Assembly: GCF_006345805.1 (NCBI RefSeq)
Contig: NW_021824818.1
Coordinates: 1 to 21,759 of the forward strand
DNA: 21,759 nt
Source of the DNA: Octopus sinensis
Taxonomy: Eukaryota
Reading direction: 5' to 3'
In this document: one piece after another, positions 9,733 through 19,456 of the stretch
How positions within the stretch are numbered: position 1 is the stretch's first letter
How the letters are laid out: the number at the start of each line of letters is the position of its first letter
Notes under the pieces: model-generated
What the model saw: only the letters and a program-made list of their open reading frames with translations
Told to the model about the DNA's origin: nothing
Databases searched by the model: none
Position numbers and translations under genes: made by a program

Positions 9733-9955
9733 TTCACATAGTAACAGATTTCGCTAACCTTTCTGTAATAAGATCATTAATGTTTAATTAGGACCATTAC
9801 GTATTGCATTAGGAATACTGGATAATGGTTTCCGAAATACAACGAACTACAACCCACGTGAAATACGAAAAAAAAAAGATAAGAAAAAAAGAAATGCAAG
9901 CAAGATTTTTATATAATCAGATGAAACGATAAAGGAAAATGTGTGTGTGTGTATT
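9733..9955 (+). repeat. ~200 bp direct repeat, copy 2
   Basis: Matches 7684-7885, with an extra A-rich insertion near 9868-9893. Confidence 0.85.
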
Positions 9956-9965
9956 CATATGTACA

Positions 9966-10033
<68 letters not shown>

Positions 10034-10291
10034 TATATATATATATAGTTAGGTATATATATATATATAACATACATATATATAATACATATATATATTA
10101 TATACATGTATATATATAATATATATATATACTCTATATTATACATATATATAACATATATTATATATAATATATATATATATATATTATATACATACAT
10201 ATATATATACATATATATATATATATACAATATATATACATATATATACATATATATACATTATATATATAATATATATATATATATACAT
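9956..10291. repeat. (TA)n-rich microsatellite, left flank of the PLE
   Basis: Direct reading. Confidence 0.97.
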
Positions 10292-11051
10292 ATAAGTAAG
10301 GAAAATTTTTTAAAAAAGCAGAATGCTCAAATGAAAGAAAATTTTAATAAAATGAGAAAATGATAAATATATAAATATATATTTATTCAACCGGTTTTCG
10401 TCATTGTATGACTTGTCAAGAATATTTATGTTTTAAGAAGTTATTAAAAATTAGAAGGGGAAAAAAAGAAAATTGCATTGTTTTTTTGTAAAAGAATAAT
10501 GATAAAAATGTACAAAAATTAAAAAATAAGTTCTCCGATACATTGTGAGTTCGTTGTGTATCTTGAGTTTTATGGTTGTTTACCAAAAAATTACCTTGAG
10601 GTGTTAAGATCCAAGGGATTAAGAGCATGTGATGTGTTGTGTGTTTAATTCAGCATGTTGCAGGACAGGAAGTAGTAGTAATTGTGGTCCTGGTTCTTCA
10701 GTTCCTGTGTTGTGGGTAAGGGGAGACAACTCTTTTGAGTTCTTCAATAAAACCCAAATTATAAAACTGTCATTTTAGCTTCATTTGCATTATCTTTTTA
10801 TATAATTGCTTGTTAACTTAACTTTCAGATTTTTAACATTTTTTTTTTTATTTTCTAATAATATAAATCTGCATAGACAATTGCATTTCAAATTGTCATA
10901 TCATTTATAATAAAAATGATAGTAATAACAACAATAGTAAAAATGATATTTAAAGAATATAAGTTTTAGCTTGAAGTGATGAATGCATGGTATCTTTATA
11001 TATTTGTGTTAGTCCATCCATGAAGAGTGAGGTAGAGAAAAGGAAGTTTGA

Positions 11052-12113
11052 TCAACGAGGAGTTTGCATATTAAGTTGTGTTTGGAATTTTTCAATAAGA
11101 GATTCTCCTTGTTAATTCTCTCCTGTGTGGTGATCCCGTCTTTACATTGGTAGAAGGGGAATATATAGAATTTGGGGTTTAAGTCTTTAGCACATGAGTC
11201 TAAGTGGTCACTCAGTGGAATTTGTCGGTATTCCGGGAGATTTATTTGTTCTTATGCACCGTTACTCGTTTACGTAACGGAGACTCGTTTGTCCAACATA
11301 ATTATGTTGGCAACCAGCGCATGTGAGAACGTAGATAAGGTTCTCGGAGGAACAGGAGAAGTTAGTCTTGATTTTAAACTTCGTACCTTTTTTGAAGGTA
11401 AATTCAGAGCCTTCAAGTAGAAAGGGGCAGGTACCACAGTTTGAGCGTGCACATTTTTTTACTGTTGGGGGTGGATGTGGTGTGTGAAGTTTGGCATTTG
11501 TCAAGAGTTTTTTTAAAGATTTGTGTTGCCTTTTGCATTTGAGGATTTTGGGTGTATTTATAATGTTTTTCATTTTGGGTCTGTTGACAGTAGACTGAGG
11601 TTTTGTATGATTGTGGTGACTGCTTCGATATTTTGGGGTTGTGGGTGGAAATGTATGGAGTATTTTGAGGTTGTGTGTGGTGTTAGGTTGGGGGTTTTCA
11701 GTGTAGTGTTGTCTAGTTCTTTGGCGCGTTTTATTCCATACTCTATAAGGGTGGAGGGATATTGACGTTGTAATAGTGTTTTTTTGGAGGTCTTGAAGGC
11801 GTATTTCTCGTGTTTTTGGATCCGAGACAATGGTGCATACCCTTTAGCTAAATTGAAAGGGATAGTTTGTCTTGGTGTTGTTTTGGGTGGCATGAACTAA
11901 AGAGGAGGTATTGTTGTGAGTCTGTAGGTTTTTGGTAGATGTCTGTTATGATTTGGTTCTTAGGTGTTTTTTATAATTAGGAGATCAAGGAATGGGAGAT
12001 GATGTTTGCTTAATTCCATAGTGAATTGGATGTTGGGATGTATGTTGTTTAGTATGGTTTTGAATTCCAGGAGTTTTTCATAAGGTTCTTTCCATATGAT
12101 GAAACAATCATCT
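11052..12113 (-). pseudogene. PLE ORF, inverted truncated copy (RT from DD motif onward, thumb, Cys linker, GIY-YIG)
   Basis: DDCFIIWKEPYEKLLEFKTILNNIHPNIQFTMELSKHHLPFLDLLI; KKCARSNCGTCPFL; ENLIYVLTCAGCQHNYVGQTS; ends FYQCKDGITTQERINKENLFIEKFQTQLNMQTPR*. Several 1-nt frameshifts. Confidence 0.9.
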
Positions 12114-13378
12114 CTTAAGTTCATTCTGACAAACAATTTTTTTCTCTTCGACGACACACACTACCGTCAAAAATGTGGCATTGCGATGGGTACCAAGGCT
12201 GCACCAGTCCTTGCGAACCCCATAATGGGTTACTTCGAACTGTCACTCTATGAAATATCAAGCCAGAAATTTGGACATGTTTTCCACACCTACCTAATGG
12301 AAAACTGGAAAAGTATTTAGATGATTGTTCATCATATGGAAAGAACCTTATGAAAAACTCCTGAATTCAAAACCATACTAAACAACATACATCCCAACAT
12401 CCAATTCACTATGGAATTAAGCAAACATCATCTCCCTTCCTTGATCTCCTAATTATAAAAACACCTAAGAACCAAATCATAACAGACATCTACCACAAAC
12501 CTACAGACTCAAACAATACCTCCTCTTTAGTTCATGCCACCCAAAACACACCAAGACAAAATCCCTTCAATTTAGCTAAAAGGGTATGCACCATTGTCTC
12601 GGATCCAAAACACGAGAAATACGCCTTCAAGACCTCAAAAAAAACACTATTACAACGTCAATATCCCTCCACCCTTATAGAGTATGGAATAAAACGCGCC
12701 AAAGAACTAGACAAACTACACTGAAAACCACCCAACCTACCACCCCACACACAACCTCAAAAATACTTCCATACATTTCCACCCACACCCCCAAAATATC
12801 GAAGCATACACAACCACTCATACAAAACCTCAGTCTACTGTCAACAGACCCAAAATGAAAAACATTATAAATACACACAAAATCCTCAAATGCAAAAGGC
12901 AACACAATCTTTAAAAAAAACTCTTGACAAATGCCAAACTTCACCCACCACAATCCACCCCCAACAGTAAAAAAATGTGCACGCTCAAACTGTGGTACCT
13001 GCCCCTTTCTACTTGAAGCTCTGAATTTACCTTCAAACAAGGTACGAAGTTTAAAATCAAGACTAACTTCTCCTGTTCCTCCGAGAACCTTATCTACGTT
13101 CTCACATGCGCTGGTTGCCAACATAATTATGTTGGACAAACGAGTCTCCCGTTACGTAAACGAGTAACGGTGCATAAAGAACAAATAAATCTCCCGGAAT
13201 ACCGACAAATTCCACTGAGTGACCACTTAGACTCATGTGCTAAAGACTTAAACCCCAAATTCTATATATTCCCCTTCTACCAAGTAAAGACGGGATCACC
13301 ACACAGGAGAGAATTAACAAGGAGAATCTCTTTATTGAAAAATTCCAAACACAACTTAATATGCAAACTCCTCGTTGA
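12114..13378 (+). pseudogene. PLE reverse transcriptase / GIY-YIG endonuclease ORF, 5'-truncated and frameshifted
   Basis: RT motif QKCGIAMGTKAAPVLAN; YLDD at 12314-12325; FLDL; thumb TDIYHKPTD..YLLFSSCHP; C-x4-C-x2-C at 12976-13002; IYVLTCAGCQHNYVG at 13092-13136 with downstream His residues (VH, DH) completing the PLE CCHH signature; stop at 13376-13378. Confidence 0.92.
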
Positions 13379-14194
13379 TCAAACTTCCTTTCTCTACCTC
13401 ACTCTTCATGGATGGACTAACACAAATATATAAAGATACCATGCATTCATCACTTCAAGCTAAAACTTATATTCTTTAAATATCATTTTTACTATTGTTG
13501 TTATTACTATCATTTTTATTATAAATGATATGACAATTTGAAATGCAATTGTCTATGCAGATTTATATTATTAGAAAATAATATAAATAAAGTGTTAAAA
13601 TCTGAAAGTTAAGTTAACAACAATTATATAAAAAAGATAATGCAAATGAAGCTAAATGATAGTTTTATAATTTGGGTTTTATTGAAGAACTCAAAAGAGT
13701 TGTCTCCCCTTACCCACAACAACAGGAACTGAAGAACCCGGACCACAATTACTACTACTTCCTGTCCTGCAACCTGCTGAATTTAACAACACAACACATC
13801 ACATGCTCTTAATCCCTTTGGATCTTAACACCTCAAGTTATTTTTTGGTAAACAACCATAAAACTCAAGATACACAACGAACTCACAATGTATCGGAGAA
13901 CTTATTTTTTAATTTTTGTACATTTTTATCATTATTCTTTTACAAAAAAACAACAATGCTTTTTCTTTTTTTCCCCTTTCTAATTTTTAAAATAACTTCT
14001 TAAACATAAATATTCTTGACAGTCATACATACAATGACGAAAACCGGTTGAATATAATATATATTTATATATTTTATCATTTTCCATCATTTTTAAAATT
14101 TTCTTTCATTTGAGCATTCTGCTTTTTTAAAAAAATTTTTCCTTACTTATCATTTCTCCACGTGCGGTCAACACAACCCCACCATTTATTGATC

Positions 14195-14314
14195 TATATA
14201 CATATATATATATATATATTATATTATTACAACATATATATATACATATATATATATATAATATACATATATATTATGCATATATATATAATATATATAT
14301 ATATATTAATATAA

Positions 14315-14358
<44 letters not shown>

Positions 14359-14430
14359 CATACATATATATAGTATATATATATATATTAATTATATATT
14401 ATATTATATATATATATATATCTATATATA
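14195..14430. repeat. (TA)n then (GA)n microsatellite, right flank of the PLE
   Basis: Direct reading. Confidence 0.97.
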
Positions 14431-14570
14431 CAGAGAGAGAGAGAGAGGGACGAGAAAGAGAAGTGAGAGATACTTTAAGAGCAGTTATCAGTATATTGCT
14501 TTCTTCAAACTAATTAAAAGGTTTTATTTCTTCCATATCCCCTATGGCAGATAAAACGCTAATATAAGAA

Positions 14571-15214
14571 ATGAAAAAAACATGCAGCCATTGTTGCAAT
14601 TATGTACGGAAGACAACGATTCAGAAATTACCAACTTTCTAAACGTTGCTAGGTGTATTATACACAAAGTTCTGATGGAATTGGAAAAATCAGGTGGGAA
14701 TGTTTCAAATGAATCAGAGAATAAAAAAGAAATACAATCTAAACGTTCGTGACACTACAAGGACACCGCAATTTATCCAACCGCTTCAAATTATTAGCGA
14801 TGATGATTACGGTAAATGAATGAACGCCAATGCCAAAGAGCCTCAATTGTTGAAGTGGGCTATCAGAACTGTTGTGTACGAGAATATTCGATACTAGTTG
14901 AATGTACTAAGGAGAAGGCTATGAGTGCATGCCTGCAAACGCTTAAAACCGCTTGATATGTGCTAAGCGGCTCCTTAAACAAGGTTAAAGCCCTCACGAC
15001 CATAGCATGCTTTGGTTCTTCTCTGGTGAGAAAAAACTCCGACTAAGAGCAAAAGTGTAACAGAAGAAATGACTGATGGTTTTGTGCAGCTCATTCTGAT
15101 GTCTTAAGAGTGATGGAGATTCAGTTTCCAGTCACTGTGATGGTTTAGAAGTGGTAAGTAATGAAATTCATGTCTTGCCTCATCGCATCTTTTTCCACAT
15201 AGTGTTTAAATTAA
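14571..15214 (+). pseudogene. DD37D (maT-type, Tc1/mariner superfamily) transposase, N-terminal part
   Basis: Across frameshifts and stops: SEITNFLNVARCIIHKVLMELEKSGG; RTPQFIQ; AIRTVVYENIRY; MLWFFSGEK (15007-15033, first catalytic D changed to G); CNRRND*W; FPVTVMV; VVSNE. Confidence 0.88.
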
Positions 15215-16251
15215 CGTTTCTTATTTCTTTACTGCCCACAAGGGGCTAAACATAGAGGGGACAAACAAGGACAGACAAACGGATTAAGTCGATTACATCG
15301 ACCCCAGTGCCTAGCTGGTACTTAATTTAATCGACCCCGAAAGGATGAAAAGCAAAGTCGACCTCGGCGGAGTTTGAACTCAGAACTTAACAGCAGACGA
15401 AATACCTATTTCTTTACTACCCACAAGGGGCTAAACACAGAGAGGACAAACAAGGACAGACAAACGGACTAAGTCGATTATATCTACCCCAGTGCGTAAC
15501 TGATACTTATTTAATCGACCCCGAAAGGATGAAAGACAAAGTCGACCTCGGCGGAATTTGAACTCAGAACGTAACGGCAGACGAAATACGGCTACGCATT
15601 TCGCTCGGCGTGCTAACGTTTCTGCCAGCTCGCCGCCTTCGGCAGAGGAAATATCTATTTCTTTACTGCCCACAAGGGGCTAAACAAAGAGGGGATGAAC
15701 AAGGACAGACAAACGGATTAAGTCGATTATATCAACTCAGTGCATAACTGGTACTTAATTTATCGACCCCGAAAGATGAAAGGCAAAGTCGACCTCGGCG
15801 GAATTTGAACTCAGAACGTAACGGCAGTCGAAATACCTATTTCTTTACTACCCACAAGGGGCTACACACACAGAGGGGACAAACAGGACAGACAAGCGGA
15901 TTAAGTCGATTATATCGGCCCCAGTGCGTAACTAGTACTTATTTATCGACCCCGAAAGGATGAAAGGCAAAGTCGACCTCGGCGGAATTGAACTCAGAAC
16001 GTAACGGCAGTCGAAATACCTATTTCTTTACTACCCACAAGGGGCTACACACAGAGGGGACAAACAAGGACAGACAAACGGATTAAGTCGATTATATCGA
16101 CCCCAGTGCGTAACTGGTACTTAATTTATCGACCCCGAAAGGATGAAAAGCAAAGTCGACCACGGCGGAATTTGAACTCAGAACGTAGCGGCAGACGAAA
16201 TACGGCTACGCATTTCGCCCGTGCTAACGTTTCTGCCAGCTCGCCGCCTTA
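15215..16251 (-). mobile_element. SINE family A five-unit array (two heads) inserted in the transposase
   Basis: Five ~185 bp units; heads end at 15639 and 16250; flanked by tttaaattaa at 15205-15214 and 16252-16261. Confidence 0.93.
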
Positions 16252-16261
16252 TTTAAATTAA

Positions 16262-16620
16262 GTAGATGTAATATGTATGGCTATCCATGCAGTGAAAGGC
16301 CATACGTATTTCAACAAGACTCCACAATTTCTCACAAAGCCCACGTAACGCAAGAATGGGTGCCAAATAATTTTTACAATGACCTAACACCAAACTTGTG
16401 GCCTCCAAAGTCGTCACATTTAAATCTAATGCACCACTACATTTAAAGCATTGGTCAAGTGGGTGAGTAAACCACATCCTCACAATACCATAGCTTAACT
16501 GAAGATCGCTGTTGTCCGTGATGTCCGAAACGAATAAAGAACATGTCGTGCATGCATGTCAGTGCTGACGGGCCTTTATTGATGTAGTCTTCAAAGCCGA
16601 AAGCATATTTATAGAATATT
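16262..16620 (+). pseudogene. DD37D transposase, C-terminal part
   Basis: ERPYVFQQDSTISHKAHVTQEWVPNNFYNDLTPNLWPPKSSHLNLMHHY. QQD at 16312-16320; 37 residues separate this D from the position of the third D (now His). Ends near ...IE*. Confidence 0.9.
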
Positions 16621-16679
16621 CTCATAAGAAAGCTTATCGAGGACATTACCAAATATGTCCTCAAATACCTGTGTCTGTG

Positions 16680-16836
16680 CATATATATGTATGTGCGTGT
16701 GCGTGTGTGTGTATGTGTATACACACACACATATATATACACACACAACACACATATATTATATATATATATATATAATATTATTATATCACACACACAC
16801 ACATATATATACACACATATATATGTGTGTGTGTGT
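16680..16836. repeat. Compound (TG)/(CA)/(TA) microsatellite
   Basis: Direct reading. Confidence 0.95.
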
Positions 16837-16842
16837 TGGGAA

Positions 16843-17106
16843 GGCGCAACTGGCCCAGTGGTTGGGCAGCGGACTCGCGGTCGTAGGATCGCGGTTTCGA
16901 TTCCCAGACCGGGCGTTTTGATTGTGTTATTTAGCGAAAACACCTAAAGCTCCCACGAGGCTTCCCGGGCAGTGGGTGGTTCTGGCGATCCTGCTGTACT
17001 CTTTTCGCCGCAACTTTCCCTCACTCTTTCTTCTGTTGGCCTGCTCGCTTTAGCAGCGGGGGTGGCGTCATTTGAAGGCTTAAAACAATGAAAACAATGA
17101 ACAATG
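16843..17106 (+). mobile_element. tRNA-derived SINE family C
   Basis: A box tggcccagtgg (16851-16861), B box ggtttcgattcc (16893-16904), GC-rich body, tail of three aacaatg repeats; no foldable anticodon arm. Confidence 0.75.
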
Positions 17107-17484
17107 TGTGTGTGTGTTAACATATACACTAGGTTACTTGTACACATACACAAACACTCAGACCAATGCGTTTGCATACACACATGATAACCGCACACAT
17201 ACGTACACGCACGCGTACGCACACTCGCATACATACCAGTACATGTAACGCATATCACTCCACAATGTACGCACTGGATCATTTACACACATACATACAC
17301 ACATGTCCATATATTTTTCAGCTTGTTCACACATACACACTCACACATACACACTCACACACACCATTCTCACATACACGCACATGCGAGAATAAATTCG
17401 TTCGGGCGTGTCACCGTCATTATCTCCCTTTCATTCAACCTCTTTCTTCTGGCTACTTCGCCATGTTGAACTGTTAATCCTTAC

Positions 17485-17886
17485 TCTTTTCCTCTTTTAT
17501 TTGTTTCAGTCATTTGACTGTGGCCATGCTGGAGCGCCGCCTTTAGTCGAGCAAATCGGCCCCAGGACTTAATCTTTGGAAGCCTAGTACTTATTCTATC
17601 GGCCTCTTTTGCCGAACCGCAAAGTTACGGGGACATAAACACACCAGCACCGGTTGTCAAGCGATGTTGGGAGGGACCATCACAGACACACAAACATATA
17701 CACACACATACACACACACATATATATACATATATACGACGGGCTTCTTTCAGTTTCCGTCTACCACAAGGTTTTGGTCGCCCCGAGGCTATAGTAGAAG
17801 ACACTTGCCCAAGGTGGTGCGCAGTGGGACTGAAGCCGGAACCACTTGGCTGGTAAGCAAGCTACTTACCACACAGCCACTCCTAC
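17485..17886 (-). mobile_element. SINE family B, full-length
   Basis: Colinear with 5790-6180, with a short deletion near 17767. Confidence 0.92.
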
Positions 17887-17889
17887 GCC

Positions 17890-18080
17890 ATTTTTGCTTT
17901 CTGTTGTTTACTTTTTTGTATTTTTTCATTCTCTCTCTCTTTTTTCCCTCTAATCCTTTCTGACGAAGAACGTTGGTTCGAAACGTTAAAGAACTTTCCA
18001 CTCTCCCGAGCGTTAAACTAATACACCTGCTGTTGTTCCTACACTGTCTTCGTCTTTCGTTTCTCTAAACTTGAACTGTA

Positions 18081-18081
<1 letters not shown>
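17890..18081 (+). mobile_element. Short hammerhead-bearing element, copy 2
   Basis: Pyrimidine-rich 5' part, hammerhead motif, gagcgttaaactaatacacctg...ctgtcttcgtcttt shared with 6821-6980, 3' end fused to (TA)n. Confidence 0.7.
17956..17991 (+). ncRNA. Minimal type I hammerhead ribozyme motif
   Basis: cttt(17956-59) CUGACGA(17960-66) extra A, stem II gaac-gttg-gttc(17968-79), GAAA(17980-83), CGU U(17984-87), aaag(17988-91) pairing with cttt. All conserved core nucleotides are present. Confidence 0.78.
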
Positions 18082-18129
<48 letters not shown>

Positions 18130-18285
18130 TACATACACACACACACATATATATATACACATACATTACATTGTATATGCACACATATGTATACTATTAT
18201 ATATATATATATATATAATATAATATATAATATCTATATAGATATATAGGTGTGTGTGTGTGTTTTTGTGTGTGTGTGTGTGTGA
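18082..18285. repeat. (TA)n/(CA)n/(TG)n microsatellite
   Basis: Direct reading. Confidence 0.95.
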
Positions 18286-18814
18286 AATGAATGATTGCGC
18301 ATAATTATTTCTATAACAGACAGTATTCTGCGAATACATTTTATGATGGATTAATTTTTTTTTGTCTTCTTCATCCCCCCCCTCCTCTCTCTCTCTCTCT
18401 CTCTTCTCGCCACCTCTTCACTTACCTTTCTGGTACTGCTGCCAATGCTGCTGATGCAGCCGTTTCCAGAATCTATTAGACAACCATCGAGTTCTTAACA
18501 AGACATTTCTTTGGCTACAACACTAATTTAACCCGATTAAAATGTTCCGCACAAACACCCACATACATAGGCAGGGGCACTCATAGGGCTGCATATGCAA
18601 AACGCATAACAACATGCGCATGCGCATACTTTTGCACATCCACATACGTACACACTCCAGCACTGCAATTCACATTGATTCGCATACGCACAATTCACAC
18701 ACACACATCATACAAACAAATACACACACACACACAGATAGGCAGACATAAATAGATCGATAGATAGATAGATAGCTATAACGTATATCTATCTAAGTCT
18801 GTTTGTAATATATA

Positions 18815-18879
18815 TAAATGTGTGTGTGTGAGAGTATATATATATATTACATATATATATATATATATATATAATATTC

Positions 18880-18920
<41 letters not shown>

Positions 18921-19040
18921 CATATATATATATATGTATGTATATATATGTATATATATATATAACATATATATATATATATATATATATTGTGTGTGTG
19001 TGTGTTTGTGTGTGTGTGTGGTGTGTGTGTATGTGTATAT
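18815..19040. repeat. (TA)n/(TG)n microsatellite
   Basis: Direct reading. Confidence 0.95.
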
Positions 19041-19260
19041 ATTGTTGTTGGCACTCCGTCGTTACGACGACGAGGTTCTAGTTGATCTCGATTAACGAAC
19101 AGCCTGCTCGTGAACTTGACGTGCAAGTGGATGAGCACCCCTCAGACAAGTGTACCCTTAACGTGGTTCTCTGGGATATTCAGCGTGACACAGTGTGTTA
19201 CAAGGCCGGCCCTTTGAATTACAGGCACAACAGAAACAGGAAGTAAGATTGAGAGAAAGC
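19041..19260 (-). mobile_element. Retroposon 3' fragment (family D) with (AAC)n tail, possibly RTE-related
   Basis: Minus strand ends ...gtcgtcgtaacgacggagtgcc-aacaacaat; the same 3' end recurs at 20675-20707. Confidence 0.55.
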
Positions 19261-19456
19261 TGCGGGGGGAAAGAGTACAACGAGTGTGGCGTCGCTTACG
19301 CTTCCGTAACTTAACAGTTCGGCAAATATCGAAACAAAAAAACGCTAAAAGGAAAAACGTCTGTCAGTTTTCTCTTTGTCTCTGGTTTATTTACATATTT
19401 TCTTATTGTTTCTTTGTTTAGTCGTTCGATGATGAATTTGATTTCAGTTGTGTATA

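Larger units (their letters stand above)
10292..14194. mobile_element. Penelope-like retroelement (GIY-YIG, Neptune-like), two 5'-truncated copies head-to-head
   Basis: 10292-12113 is the reverse complement of 12319-14150. The unique spacer 12114-12318 is RT-coding. The right copy has a 44 nt 3' extension (14151-14194). (TA)n lies on both sides. Confidence 0.93.

Noticed and set aside
7684-9955. Direct repeats as LTRs of an LTR retrotransposon
   Set aside because: No TG...CA ends, PBS, PPT or gag/pol remnants; the interior is SINE, Helitron and microsatellite.
14033-14060. aATGACGAaaaccggttGAAT hammerhead-like motif near the PLE 3' end
   Set aside because: C3 and A15.1 are both non-canonical, stem II has no loop, and there is no stem I pairing.
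10292-14150. PLE palindrome as a pure sequencing fold-back artefact
   Set aside because: The symmetry stops at the element end, there is a unique coding spacer and a one-sided tail, and the distal flanks differ. It is not fully excluded without raw reads.
16498-16535. CTGAAGA...GAAAC inside the DD37D C-terminus
   Set aside because: Stem II does not abut GAAA, there are no stems I or III, and the sequence is explained as transposase codons.
16843-16915. Possible tRNA gene
   Set aside because: A and B boxes are present but there is no proper acceptor or anticodon stem, and it continues into a SINE body and tail. The same applies to the family A and B heads.
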